From NCBI GenBank assembly GCA_965237955.1, contig OZ250169.1, forward strand, positions 608,001 to 672,000: a DNA stretch of 64,000 nt. The letters run 5' to 3'. The stretch is from Candidatus Marinacidobacterales bacterium. GTDB lineage: Bacteria > Acidobacteriota > Vicinamibacteria > Marinacidobacterales > SMYC01. Both the position numbers and the translations under genes were made by a program. Of this stretch, positions 30,168 to 41,754 are shown piece after piece (the first letter of the stretch is position 1; the number at the start of each line of letters is the position of its first letter). The notes under the pieces are model-generated. The model saw only the letters and a list, made by a program, of their open reading frames with translations, was not told the origin of the DNA and ran no database searches.

Positions 30168-30437
30168 ATGGGCGCAAGCATGGACGGCCGCTACCGTAAA
30201 AAGGAAAGTGGGCGACGGAAGCGTCGGGAACAAAGTCGTCGTCACCGACGACGTCAACAGGAGCGAAAGCGTAGAGGGGAAGACGTTCTTGTCGCGGTGG
30301 AAGCGCCCGCGTGGGTCATCACCCAGGAAAAAAGATCGAGCTCGTGCGACCGTCCTGGCTGCTACGAGAGTTTTGAACGTATGCGGTCCAAAGAGGTTGA
30401 GCGTGAGGTATTGCCAAAAAGATGGAAGGAGTTCTAG
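30168..30437 (+). CDS. Small basic Cys-containing accessory protein
   Basis: Arg-rich, with CDRPGCYE motif. Confidence 0.45.
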   Translation: MGASMDGRYRKKESGRRKRREQSRRHRRRQQERKRRGEDVLVAVEAPAWVITQEKRSSSCDRPGCYESFERMRSKEVEREVLPKRWKEF

Positions 30438-30531
30438 TTTGACGTAGCCCAAGGGGAGGAGGGGGCGAGCCGGCGTGAATGGCCCGTCCCTCTTCTCTCG
30501 ATTATAGAAGAGAAGGAGCTTTGTAGCAGCG

Positions 30532-31444
30532 ATGGCGTCGCCAGTGGAGTTGGTCAAACTCGATCTCGAGGAGCTGGGCGAGCACTTTGGTCGTCTGCGA
30601 GTTCACACGCCGGATTCGGAGCGCGGGATGGCGCGGTCGATGCGTCTTTATGGGCAGCTGTCTCCGGTGGTTGTTTGCTTGCGCGCGAGGCGCTACGAGT
30701 TGATCGATGGCTTCAAACGTCTGGCGGCGGCCCGAAGCCTTGACGGTTGGGCTCGATTGCTGGCGCGCGTGATGGCAGTCGATGACAAGGCGGCCAAGGC
30801 GGCGATCTACGGTTTGAACCGGGCTGGAGGAAAGACTACGGAGTTGGAAGAAGCGTGGATCGTCTACGCGTTGGTACGCGAGGACGGAGTCCCACAGGTC
30901 GAAGTTGCGGAGCTTCTGGGCCGGCACAAGACATGGGTATGCCGCCGACTAGCCTTGGTGGAAAAACTTTCGGAAGAGGCGAAGGAGGAACTCCGTGTGG
31001 GGTTATTGACTCCGACGGCGGCGCGTCACGTGGCGCGATTGCCCCAGGGCAACCAAAAGGAGTTTTTGCAGCTGATCCATCGTGAGGCGCTGACGGTACA
31101 CGAACTCGAGGACGTAGTCGGCCTTATGCTCAGCACGCGGAGTGTCGAACAGCAGCGATTCGTGCTCGACTATCCCCGCGAGGCTCTCAGCCAGACGACA
31201 GGAGCTGAGGTTGAAGCGCGCGACCCGCGACTGAGCCCAGTGGCGAGTCAGTTGTGGCGGAAAGTTTCAATGCTGCTTCGGAATGCTAGCTCGGATGGAT
31301 GGGTTTCTAAGCTCTCAGGGACGAGCGGGACTGACGCCGAGGGACCGCGAACTTCTTGCACCACGCTTCGAGCGGCTTCACCGAGACGCCACCTCGGTGG
31401 CCACGCGCTCACGCGACCTCATCTCGGAGCTGGCACGAACATGA
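30532..31444 (+). pseudogene. ParB/Spo0J-like protein, +1 frameshift near 31280
   Basis: GQLSPVVV, YELIDGFKRL, HTH VAELLGRHKTWVCRRL; native tail ends at an ATGA overlap with istA. Confidence 0.75.
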
Positions 31445-32095
31445 GCGAGGCCGAGCGAGCCGAGATCATTCGCCAATGGTACGGCGGCGGCTCGTTTCGC
31501 GGCATCGCTCGTGCTTTGGGTATGAACCGCAAAACGGTGGCCGCCGTCATCAAGGCTCACAAGGACAAACGTGCTCAGCCCCATCTCAGCGTACCCGCAC
31601 CCGCTTCGCAGCGAAAGAGTCTTCTCGACCCCTACGTCAGCCAGGTCGAGACGCTTTTGCAGCGCTATCCCGACCTAACGGCAGTGCGTTTGCAAGAGGA
31701 ACTGTGCGCAGCGGGATTCAAGGGGGGCTACAGCATCGTCAAGCAACGGCTCCGGCAGATGCGGCCGCGGCCGGTGCGCCAACCGGTCATCCGATTCGAG
31801 ACCGGACCGGGGGTTCAGGCGCAGATGGATTACTCGTTGTTCGAGATCGATTTTCTCGAAGAGGGCAAGCGAAGAGTCTGGGCTTTCAGCTACATCCTCG
31901 CCTACTCACGTAGGCGTTACCTGCGCTTCGTCGAATCGCAGGACTCCACCACAACCGTGCGCGAGCATGTTCGGGCCTTCGAGTATCTCGGGGGCGCGGC
32001 TACGGTTTGCCTCTACGACAACATGAAAGTGGTCGTACAGTGCTGGGATGGTGAACAGCCCATCTACAACACGCGATTCTTGGCCTTTGCGACCG
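31441..32095 (+). pseudogene. IstA-like transposase N-terminal half
   Basis: IARALGMNRKTV, RFETGPGVQAQMDY, YSRRRY, CLYDNMKVVV. Confidence 0.85.
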
Positions 32096-32235
32096 TGATC
32101 TGGCTCCTGGAACATCCGGAGCGTACCGAGGCGATGGGAGCCTCGGGCCGGCGAGAGATGCAAGGCGTCTATTTGACGGAGCGCTATATCGAGGGCTATC
32201 GGAGCCTCTTTCATCTCGCCCTTGAGGGCAACTGA
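32096..32235 (+). pseudogene. GT4 C-terminal tail
   Basis: IWLLEHPERTEAMGASGR...YIEGYRSLF is paralogous to the end of 40560-41699. Confidence 0.75.
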
Positions 32236-33906
32236 TTTGAATCTCTTCGGCTTCGACATCAGCGAACTCGACCTGGCGAACTTCGTCGCGGCGATGCGTC
32301 TGGTGACCATCGGGGTCGTGACGATCTCTTTTCTGCTCTTCTTCCGTCAAAAGCGCTGGACGATATTGGCGATGGGAATCGCGGTGCTCGTCGTCGTGGG
32401 CTGGCTCACGACGTTCTATCCGCTGGCCCGGATCTACGGTCTCCAAGCGCCGGGCGATCGACTGCGCAACCTCAGCTGGGTCGCCTCCGTGGCCGCCGGT
32501 AATTCCCCCCTGAGCACCGGCCGGGTCGGAGACGTGACCCTCGAGCCCTTGTGGGCACTGGTGGCGGGAGGCCTCTGCTTCGGACACCCCGAGTTTGCAC
32601 CGGTGGTCTATGCCCTCGTGTCGCTCGTCATTCCCCTGATGCTCGGATTGGTGCTCTTTCTGCACTTCCGACGCCGGGAGGATGAAGAAAGCGGAAGCGA
32701 GCTCAGAGCCTTGGTCGTGGTGGCCTTCGCTCTCCTGGTGTCGAGCGGGCCACTCGACTACTTGGCTCCCTTTCGCGACTTCTACGCCAAGAACTTCTTT
32801 CTGAAGCCGAACCACACTCTCGGGTTCGTTTTCATTCCGCTGCTCATCGGGGGCATCGCCAGCCGGCGGAAGCTGTGGCTCGCAAAGGCAGCGGTTCTCC
32901 TGTCACTCCTCGGCTGGGCGTTTATCGTTCACTGGGCGTTTTTCTGCTTTGGGCTCGGCATCTACCTCGTTTTGCGTTTTCTCCAACAGAGGAAGAGCTC
33001 TGGCGGCGAGCTCCGGAGCGTGCTGATTCTCTGGATATTGAGCGCCATCGCGGTTGCCCCTTACATTTCCATCATCTATCGACAGCACCCCCATGCCATC
33101 CGCATCGACTCCACGGTGGTCGATCCCGAGGTGCCCTCCCGAAGCGCCTGGGGTGACATGCGCCCGGTGGGAAGCTCACTCCTGCTGCTGGTCACGTTCG
33201 ACCGTGCGCTCCTCTTCTTTCTGGCGATCGTCGGGGCGTCGGTCTGGTGGCGGGGGGGTCTGAAGCGGGATCTGCTGTGGCTGGCACTTCTCCTCTCGGC
33301 CTACCTGCTCTGGGGCGTCAACTACGTCGGCTATCTCACCGCACAGGCGCGAGAGGCAGACGAGTTCTACTATTTTCTCGACTTCGTGCTCTCCGTTGCG
33401 GCGGGAGTGGGAGCCTGGCGGCTACTCGAACTCATCGCATCCCGGATGCCGCGGGCCAGCGTGTCGGTCGCGGCGTCGACGCTCGTGGTGATCCTCGTCG
33501 TCACGCCCCTCGTCGCTCCGTACTGGCGCAATCCGGAGATCATGGACGGGCATTTCCGCGTTGCCCGAGAGCCGTTGCCGGGCCCGGTTGTCGAGCTTCG
33601 AGACTGGGTGCTCAAGGCGACCAAAGGTACGGACGTGCTCGTTGCGGACGGCATCGCCGCGTTTTGGGTCCCGGCGCTCTGACGGGCCGTCAAGTTCTCG
33701 TGCCCTATCGGAAGGGTCGAGAGTATCTGGACGCTCTGCTCTCCTCCCCCGATGGTCAGGACGGCCTGCCGTTTCGTGTCACACACGTGGTGTACAGCCA
33801 TGAGTTAGAGGCGGCCATCGGGCTCACACGCCAGACGCTCGAATTGGAACAACGCTACGAGCGGGTGTTCGAGAACCGCCTGGTGACGATCTATCTGATC
33901 GAATAA
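32222..33906 (+). pseudogene. Multi-pass membrane protein (GT-C-like), 2 bp insertion at ~33679
   Basis: GCGCTCTGA here versus GCGCTGACG in the inverted copy, which reads through WIPALTGR. Confidence 0.75.
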
Positions 33907-33909
33907 GCT

Positions 33910-35012
33910 TCTAGTGCATCATCGCGCGCCCACTCCTCGTTCACGTGCGGCGCTTCGGGCATTTATCATCTCAACTCGGCTCCTCGCGGCTCGCTACCGC
34001 TTCGGGACTTCGCGCTGCTCGGCGGCTGAGGGCTTCGCTCGGTGTGCTGTCTCCCATTTTCGGCGTTAGCAGCCATTCGAAGCGGCCCGCCGACATCTCA
34101 TTCTTTCGAGTAGCCCCAACGGGACGATTGGGCCGGTCTCTCAGCAGATGCGATGGCTGCCGCTCGGCACGCGGCGGACGCGCTCATCAGCGGCCTGTCA
34201 TCAGAAGGTCTCTTCGAGCACCTCGATCGTTCTTCTCAACGTCTCGTCACAGTCGAAATCGCGCGCGCGTTCTCTGGCACGGCTCGACACTCGGCCATCG
34301 CCGCGAGCTAGACGATCGCCGACAGAGGATAGAACGTGTAGTAGCGATGAGCCGGCAAGTAGCGTAGGAGCTTTTGTACCAGTCCTGAGGTAACTACCCG
34401 ATCAAAACCAGCAAAGTAAAAAGAGCGGCCGAGCTGGCGGCGAGGGTTCTCGAGAGACGGCTGCCAAAAAGCGCCACGACCATGACGTTTTCCCCCTCGT
34501 ACAGATCCGGGACGATGGCGGCGGCCGTGGCGAGGAGATAGGCGTAGCCCGTGGGGTTCGATCGAAAGATGGGATAGGCGGCGTCAACACCAACAGGTGT
34601 CTCGCTCGCTAGCCGCGTCGCCGCCCCGGCCCAGTAATAGCTGTCCGTACCGAAGGTGTTGTCCCTCACTTCCCACAGCATGGATGCCTCATAAGCGAGG
34701 ACGGCAATCAGGAAGAGCCAAAAAAAGCGTCCCTGTGGGTCGAAGCGCGAGTGGTGCGCGTCGCCGAAGACAATAGGCGGTGAGGGCGACGAAGACGATC
34801 GTAACGCCCACGAGCCAGCCCGCCGATAGAAGATTCAACGCGCGCAGGACGATGCCGAGCAGCGTCAGCCAACCCGCGCCCCACGCGATGGCGAAGGCCA
34901 CAATCTCGCCGCGACCACGGGTTTCTCCAGGTTTGGCGAAACAAAAAGCGATGAGATAGCCCGGTACGAAAAGCAAGGCCACTCCCCAGATGAGCAGCAG
35001 GAGCGGGCTCAT
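33910..35012 (-). pseudogene. Degraded multi-pass membrane protein
   Basis: MSPLLLLIWGVALLFVPGY..., FGTDSYYW; several frameshifts; lacks 201 bp present in the other arm. Confidence 0.6.
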
Positions 35013-35063
35013 CGTTACCGTTCGAGCCTATCGGCGGAGCCGCATTCGAGAGGCCATCGCATC

Positions 35064-35836
35064 ATGGACTCTCCGATGGATGCTTGCGAGCGGCGACGAT
35101 GCTACCGTAACCCAAAGAGCGAAAAAAGCACGCCTCTCTCAGGCGGTCCATCTGCGACCGCATCCAAAGGGCGCCGGGGAGCACCGACGCGAGATAAGGC
35201 ACGGGGGATACTGGGAGCCTTGAATCGAAGGATCTCGTAGTCGGCCGCTTCCACCTCGTGCCGCAACACCCACGGATAGCACCACACGTGTGGCAGGTCG
35301 CTCCGCCCCACATAGCCCTCGTCGACACGGCGTACGAGTCGGAAGCGGTGAAGAAAGCCTATCTTCGGGCGCTGCCGTTCGACGACGGACGTTTCGATGT
35401 CGTGCTGTTGCTTGATGTACTCGCGCACGTCGAGCTTCTCGATCAGCTGAAGGCCCTCTCGGAGGTTGCCCGTGTGCTGACGGACGACGGGGTACTGCTG
35501 ATGAGCGTGCCCAACCTCGCGCACTTGCACAGCCGGTTAAAGCTGTTGTTCACCGGCAAGCTGATGCGGACATCCGCCGTTCACCGGCATCCCGGCGATC
35601 GGCCGCGTGCGGAGTACGAAGAGCTTCTTCATGCGGCAGGCTTCCGCATCGAGTCCCGGCGCGGCATTTTCCCGACGCTTCCGCTCGCGTTTCGGTTGGT
35701 GAACCGCCATCCTCAGTCGTGGGGGTTGGCTCGTCGGCGTGCTCGATGCGTTATTGCCTTTTCCGGGGTTGTCGTTCTTGGCGGCGATCCGGGCAAGAAA
35801 TGTCACTGCGGTGGGTTGATTCGAAAGACGGCGTAG
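35064..35836 (+). pseudogene. Class I SAM methyltransferase, degraded
   Basis: LPFDDGRFDVVLLLDVLAHV, EVARVL, LMSVPN; motif I missing, frameshifts at both ends. Confidence 0.7.
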
Positions 35837-36045
35837 TGGTCCTCTTCGAGCACTGGATCAAAGCAGTCACGGATCTCGGGGAAGCCGCTGTCGAACTCCA
35901 AGTGGATCGCGATCGTTAGATCCCACAGCAGGTACATGTCCGGGTACTGTCCCACCGTGCCGGGATCGCAACCGTTGGTCAAGAGCTCGTTGACGGGGGG
36001 CCGATGAGCGCCATCGACAGTTATCGCGGCGTCGCGCGAGAACAC
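35803..36045 (-). pseudogene. C-terminal fragment of an unknown protein
   Basis: ...FDPVLEEDHYAVFRI resembles tails of the GT-C-like proteins here. Confidence 0.35.
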
Positions 36046-36289
36046 GGTGTGGCGGACGAACGTCTGCTGTTCTTAGACCGTGTCCCCTACGAGCAAGTAC
36101 CTCTTTGGAGCCGAGCCTTCGACGTTGCGGCGACGCCGTTTCCCGATGCCGCTGACTAGGCTGAGCCGATGTCGCCGATGAAGCTCTTCGAGTACATGGC
36201 GGCCGCTTTGGGGCTGAACGCGATCAAAAGGAGTATGCTACAATCCGTGACGTTACAAGCAACCTCGAAGAGCAAAGCGTGTTCATGCT

Positions 36290-37102
36290 ATGACTTCGAC
36301 CCGAGTACCCACGCCGCCCGCTAGCACCGAGACCGCGCGGTCCCAAGCTGCTCTAAGCGAGAACGCGCTTCGGCGCTTCGTCATCGACCACCATGGGAGC
36401 TTCGATTCCGCGGGGAACGAGCGCATCTTCGAGAAATGGTTCAAAACCGCCCCCCGACACGTTTTTCAAAGAGGCCGACCGCAAATACGGTCTCACCAGG
36501 CTCCGGCTTTGCGATCTTGGGTGTAGCTACGGGATGAACTTGGTGCACTGCCACGAGGATGCCTACAGGGTGGAGTTCGACGACCGAGAGTCCGACTTCC
36601 CGCAGAGGCTGGGGCTCACCGTGTTCGAGGGCGACTTCGTCAGAAACGACGTGTTCGACCTCCCCAAAGTCGAAGCGGTTTGGTGTGGTGTGGAGCGGTG
36701 CTCGAGCACGTCGAATCGCCTCATCGGTTCCTGCGCAAAGTCCACCAGCTTCTCGAGCCGAGCGGACTCTTGGTTCTGTTCGTGCCGGCGATCTCGTCCG
36801 TCGGCGGTCTCGCTCTCCACCGGCTTCCGTGGATCGGAAGATACTTCGTCGGCTATTTGGCGAGCGACGACATCAATGCGTTCACACCGTCGACGGTCGC
36901 GTTCACGTGTGAGCGAGCCGGATTCGAGACCATCGAGACTGTCGAGGTCACGCCGTCGTTTCCCGGCCCCTCCAGCCTCTTCAACAGGGTCCCTCCGCTG
37001 GCGAGCCTCGTCGACGGCTCGACCTACATCAGTCGCGCCATCCCGAATTGGGAGTACCACCCCAAGGCGACGCGACAAGCCTCTAGTCAAGTCTCTAATT
37101 AA
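36290..37102 (+). pseudogene. Class I SAM methyltransferase split by two frameshifts
   Basis: LCDLGCSYG, AVLEHVESP, LEPSGLLVL in three frames; TGGTG duplication at ~36681. Confidence 0.8.
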
Positions 37103-37156
37103 TGATGCGGGCTTCAATTGGCGCCGCTCGCGCTAGTGCCCAACGCTTCCCCTTCG

Positions 37157-38293
37157 ATGAAAATCTTGCTCGTTACACCCTACTTCTTCGAGCCCCACCG
37201 GTGGAACATCAGCGCTTACAAGACCGCGCACAGCTTGGCCCGTATCGGCGTCAACGTCATCGTGTTCACGGCGCGCTCCGAAGGCCAGCCGTTCCTCGAA
37301 AAGGTGGGCTCTCATCTGAAAATCTACCGCTACAGAGACTTGTTCATCCCCGACCCTGCCAACTTCGGGATCATCCCGTTCTTGTCGGCGCGTCTGTGGA
37401 AAGTCGTTCTACAGGAGGTACCGACGCATTTTCTCGTGTTCACCCACATGTACCACGCGTCGCTCGCGGTGGTTTTGCTGAAAGCGATGGGCAAGCGCGT
37501 CGTTGTCGTCACCGACACGTTTCCAGGCATCGACTGGTTCAGTCGTTCACGACTCGTCAACGCGGTGCTATGGGTGTACGCGCGCACCGTTGGGTTCTTG
37601 GTGCTTCGCCTCGCCGATCACGTCGTTCTGTTGCACCGAGGGTTGGTGCCGACGGCGGAGCGGATGGGCCTTCGTTTCGTCGTGCACCCGTACGGCGTCG
37701 AGATGCATCGCTACGAGAGTCCGAGGCCGCCTGCGGATCTGGAGAAAGAGGACGGCGCGATCTGGGTCGCGTACGTGGGCCGGCTGGAGTCGGTCAAAGC
37801 GTATGACTTCATCCTCGGCGCGGCCGCAACTTTAACCGCGCGCCACGCGAACGTGCATTTTATTTTCGTGGGCGACGTCACCGGTAAGGACGATGTCGTC
37901 GAGCGCTACCAGAGTACTCGCATCCGTTTTCTCGGGCACCGTGACGACGTTCCCGGTATCCTAGTGAAGGTCGACGTCTTCGTCCTCGCTTCGTTGTCCG
38001 AAGGACTTCCGAGCGGACTCATGGAAGCGATGGCGTCCGGGTGCGCGTGCGTGGCCACAGAGGTCGGCGGTATCCCCTATCTTTTCAGCGAATCGCCCGG
38101 CGAGGCGGGGTTGCTCGTGCCGCCGGGGGATCCCAAAGCACTCGAGGAAGCGCTCGAAAAGCTTGTGAACGACGGTGAGCTCAGGCGGAGCCTGGGCGAG
38201 CGAGCCCGGCAAGTTATCCACGATCACTACCGCATGGACGAGCTCGCCAAAGAGCTCGTGACGATCCTCGAGACCACGTCGACCGAACCATGA
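37157..38293 (+). CDS. GT4-family glycosyltransferase
   Basis: YVGRLESVK, SEGLPSGLMEAMASG. Confidence 0.92.
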   Translation: MKILLVTPYFFEPHRWNISAYKTAHSLARIGVNVIVFTARSEGQPFLEKVGSHLKIYRYRDLFIPDPANFGIIPFLSARLWKVVLQEVPTHFLVFTHMYHASLAVVLLKAMGKRVVVVTDTFPGIDWFSRSRLVNAVLWVYARTVGFLVLRLADHVVLLHRGLVPTAERMGLRFVVHPYGVEMHRYESPRPPADLEKEDGAIWVAYVGRLESVKAYDFILGAAATLTARHANVHFIFVGDVTGKDDVVERYQSTRIRFLGHRDDVPGILVKVDVFVLASLSEGLPSGLMEAMASGCACVATEVGGIPYLFSESPGEAGLLVPPGDPKALEEALEKLVNDGELRRSLGERARQVIHDHYRMDELAKELVTILETTSTEP

Positions 38294-39420
38294 AGACGAT
38301 CGTCATCTTCAGCTGGTTCTACCTTCCGTTCATCGGCGGCGCCGAGCTCTTCGTCAAAGCGATTACCGACCGGCTCGGCTACCGCTTCCGCTTTGTGATC
38401 GTAACTGCGCGAGCCGACCGCAAGTTGGCGGCAATCGACGAGAGCGAGCGCGTGAGCGTCGTGCGTGTCGGCCTCGGCAATCGCTCCGACAAATTCATGT
38501 ATCCACTGTTCGCTCTCAAATGGGCGCTCGCGTCCGAGCACGTCGATCTCGTTCACGCGATCATGGTGAACGCGTCAGCGGTGGCAGCGTATTTGTTCTC
38601 GAAGATGAAACGCGTGCCCACGCTTCTGACCCTCCAAGAAGGCGACACCGAAGACTACGCCCGAGAGTACTTGCGGCTGCTGTTCCCGGTCTATCCGTGG
38701 TTGCACCGTTCGTTCGATCGGGTCCACGCGATCAGCCGTTTTCTCGAACAACAAGCGATCACCTATGGCGCCGACACCGAGACCATCCGGGTGATCCCGA
38801 ACGGTGTCGATACCGAAGTCTTCCGCCCCGGCGAAAGTGACGCGAGCGCAAAGCTTCGGACCCGGTTGGGTCTCGATGGAAAGCGCGTCGTCGTCTCAGT
38901 GTCGCGTCTCGTTTCCAAAAACGGGTTGGACACTCTCGTGGAGGCGATGCCCCGGCTGCGACGAGAGCATCCCGACGTCGCGCTCGTGCTCGTCGGCACC
39001 GGCCTGGAAAAGCGGCATCTCGAATGCAAAGCGGACGAGCTCGGTGTGAGCGACGCCGTCGTACTCGTAGGTGAGGTGCCTCACGAGGAGACGGCCGACT
39101 ATCTCCGGCTGGCCCACGCGTTCGTGCGGCCATCGCGTAGCGAAGGGCTCGGCAGTGCTTTTCTCGAAGCGATGGCGTCGGGAGTTCCTGTCGTAGCGAC
39201 ACCGGTGGGAGGTATCCCCGACTTTCTCGATCCCGAAGTGACCGGGCTTTTCTGCAAGCCTAACGATCCTGAAAGCGTAGCCGGCGCCATCGGGCGCTTG
39301 TTCACCGACCACGCTCTTTCTCAAAATCTGCGCGTCGGGGGGCTTCGCCTCGTGCAAGCGCGCTACCGTTGGGACCAGGTGGCCGATCGGATCGCTGCGG
39401 TGTACGAGGAGCTACTCTGA
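38290..39420 (+). CDS. GT4-family glycosyltransferase
   Basis: GGAE, VIPNGVD, SEGLGSAFLEAMASG; ATGA overlap. Confidence 0.92.
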   Translation: MKTIVIFSWFYLPFIGGAELFVKAITDRLGYRFRFVIVTARADRKLAAIDESERVSVVRVGLGNRSDKFMYPLFALKWALASEHVDLVHAIMVNASAVAAYLFSKMKRVPTLLTLQEGDTEDYAREYLRLLFPVYPWLHRSFDRVHAISRFLEQQAITYGADTETIRVIPNGVDTEVFRPGESDASAKLRTRLGLDGKRVVVSVSRLVSKNGLDTLVEAMPRLRREHPDVALVLVGTGLEKRHLECKADELGVSDAVVLVGEVPHEETADYLRLAHAFVRPSRSEGLGSAFLEAMASGVPVVATPVGGIPDFLDPEVTGLFCKPNDPESVAGAIGRLFTDHALSQNLRVGGLRLVQARYRWDQVADRIAAVYEELL

Positions 39421-39423
39421 GCC

Positions 39424-40587
39424 ATGAATCTCCTTCTCGCGACGGGCATCTTTCCTCCGGATATCGGGGGGCCGGCCACGTATGTGGCAGGTTTGGCTCC
39501 CGAGCTTTGTAAACGAGGCTTTGGCGTCGAGGTGGTCACCTATGGAGAGGCGTCTTCCGACGAGGTCATGTTTTCGGTGGCTCGCGTCTCCCGGAATCAA
39601 AGCTTGCCGCAACGCTACGGGTCGTATTTCGTGTCGGTGCGGAAAGCGCTCGCACGAGCCGACCTCGCCTACATTCAAGATCCGGTTAGCGTCGGCCTAC
39701 CGGCTACGCTCGCAGCGCTCTCACGGCGAAAGCCTACCGTACTCAAAGTCGTCGGCGACCTCGCGTGGGAGATCGGCCGCGCCGACGGCATCGTCGATGA
39801 CGACGTCGACGACTTCCAAACGAAGCGCTACGGAACGCTAGTGGAATCGATGCGGAAAGCCCAGCGTTTCGTCGCCCGCCGCGCCGGCGCCGTCATCACC
39901 CCGTCGCACTATCTGAAGAATCTTGTCATCGGTTGGGGCGTTCCTAGCGAGCGGGTCCACGTCATCGAGAACGGCGCCCGGCCCAAGCCGGAAACGCGCC
40001 TGACTCGAGAAGACGCGCGCGCGCGGCTAGAGCTCGACGGAGATCCGATTCTGATCAGCGCCGGCCGACTGGTGCCGTGGAAAGGGTACGAGCACATCAT
40101 CGATTCAATGCCGGCGATCTTGCGAGATCATCCACGCGCACGCCTTCTGATCGCCGGCTCGGGACCGTGCGAGACAGCTCTCCTTGAGCGCGTCCAAAAG
40201 CTCAAGCTCGACGACGCTGTTCAGCTCTTGGGCGCGCGCGCGCCGACCGACCTCGCGATGCATCTCTGCGCCAGCGACGTGTTCGTGCTGGTGTCCACCT
40301 ATGAAGGTTTTTCGCATCTGTTGTTGGAAGCGATGCAATCGGAGCTTCCCGTCGTCGCATCTCGCTGCGGGGGTAACCCCGAGCTCGTCGGAGACGCCGA
40401 CAGCGGACTCCTGGTGTCGCCGGATCCACGAGGGGCGGAAGCCGCCATCCGAAAGCTTCTCGCCGATCCGCCGCTGCGAGCACGCCTCGGCGCAAGAGGC
40501 AAACGACGCGCGGAAGATTTTACGTGGGAGAAGATGGTCGCGCGTACGGCACAACTTCTTCAAGACGCCTGGAACAACGCTCGGTAG
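39424..40587 (+). CDS. GT4-family glycosyltransferase
   Basis: FPPDIGGPA, AGRLVPWKG, YEGFSHLLLEAM. Confidence 0.92.
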   Translation: MNLLLATGIFPPDIGGPATYVAGLAPELCKRGFGVEVVTYGEASSDEVMFSVARVSRNQSLPQRYGSYFVSVRKALARADLAYIQDPVSVGLPATLAALSRRKPTVLKVVGDLAWEIGRADGIVDDDVDDFQTKRYGTLVESMRKAQRFVARRAGAVITPSHYLKNLVIGWGVPSERVHVIENGARPKPETRLTREDARARLELDGDPILISAGRLVPWKGYEHIIDSMPAILRDHPRARLLIAGSGPCETALLERVQKLKLDDAVQLLGARAPTDLAMHLCASDVFVLVSTYEGFSHLLLEAMQSELPVVASRCGGNPELVGDADSGLLVSPDPRGAEAAIRKLLADPPLRARLGARGKRRAEDFTWEKMVARTAQLLQDAWNNAR

Positions 40588-41699
40588 CCTTCGATGTAGC
40601 TTTCGGTGGAGTAGAGATTTTTCGCCGATTGCTTGCCTCGGGCACCCATCGCTTCGGCCTCTCTCGGATGCTCGAACAGCCACAGGATGCGCTCGGCGAC
40701 AGCGTCCTCGTCTCCAGGAGGTACGAGAAAGCCCGTCTGCTCGTTCTCGACGAGCTCGGGGATGCCGCCGACATCGGACGCAACCACGGGAAGCCCGCAC
40801 GCCATCGCCTCCCACACGACACGCCCCAACCCTTCGGACAAAGAAGGCAGCACGAACAGTCGAGCACTGCGATACTCTTTTCGAAGATCGGTCGGTGACA
40901 ATGAGCCGAGAAGCCTGAGAGACGCTTCGACCCCGAGATGCGCCGCATGTTCACGGAGCGCGCGTTTCATCGGACCGTCGCCCGCGAGATGGAGCGTCGC
41001 CTCCGGCCGTTTAGACGTTACCTGCTTCATCGCCCGGATCAGGGTATCGAAGCCCTTCACCGGGTAGAGCGCACCCACCGACAACACCCGGGTGTCGGAA
41101 CGTGACGGCTCGGTCGCGTCGTCGAAGAGCTCGAAATCGGTGTACCCGGGAAAGCGATGCAGCGGGACTTCGGGCGCCACCGCGGCGATCCGCCGCTCCA
41201 AAAATCTAGAAATAGTACGGATGCGATCACTGCGTCGCAGAACGAAACTCGCCCACGCCGCGAGTATAGGACGAAAAACGGCACTCAACGGGACACGGTG
41301 ATAGAGAAAGGGCGATTCGCTCCAATCACCGTGGACTTCGGTGACGACGACGACACGACGACGCATCACCCATGCGACCCCCCGCACGAAAATCCCGGCG
41401 AGACCTTCGTAGGGGCTTTGACTCAAGACGAGCTGCACTTTCCCACGGTAGACGAGACGAAGCCCAAGCACCGTCGATGCGACAACAAGTAAGACGAGCC
41501 TGAGCGCGGCGATGGGGACGAACGGCAACAAGTAGAACTCGACCGGCTCGGATGCGCGCTGGTATCGGAGTGACGGCGAGAATCCGACGACGTGGAGGCT
41601 CGCCAGCCGACCGAGGTGCTCCATCTTCTTGAGCTCGGTCGGGCCGAGCGGGAGCGCGTAGCGGGTCACGCCGATGTTCACGACGCCGAGTTCTCTCAC
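40560..41699 (-). CDS. GT4-family glycosyltransferase
   Basis: VGALYPVKG, SEGLGRVVWEAMACG. Confidence 0.9.
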   Translation of the reverse strand: MRELGVVNIGVTRYALPLGPTELKKMEHLGRLASLHVVGFSPSLRYQRASEPVEFYLLPFVPIAALRLVLLVVASTVLGLRLVYRGKVQLVLSQSPYEGLAGIFVRGVAWVMRRRVVVVTEVHGDWSESPFLYHRVPLSAVFRPILAAWASFVLRRSDRIRTISRFLERRIAAVAPEVPLHRFPGYTDFELFDDATEPSRSDTRVLSVGALYPVKGFDTLIRAMKQVTSKRPEATLHLAGDGPMKRALREHAAHLGVEASLRLLGSLSPTDLRKEYRSARLFVLPSLSEGLGRVVWEAMACGLPVVASDVGGIPELVENEQTGFLVPPGDEDAVAERILWLFEHPREAEAMGARGKQSAKNLYSTESYIEGYRALFQAS

Positions 41700-41754
41700 G
41701 GGTAGCAGTCTCTCTACGAGTTGTGTAATACTACCTCAGAATTCTGAGTCGACG

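Larger units (their letters stand above)
30132..32095 (+). mobile_element. Truncated IS21-like element carrying a small basic ORF, a ParB-like gene and 5' istA
   Basis: TG start at 30132; gene order small ORF - ParB - IstA; right part lost. Confidence 0.65.

Noticed and set aside
30532-32235. 567 aa ORF as a genuine novel fusion protein
   Set aside because: Explained by a +1 frameshift and a deletion joining ParB, partial IstA and a GT4 tail
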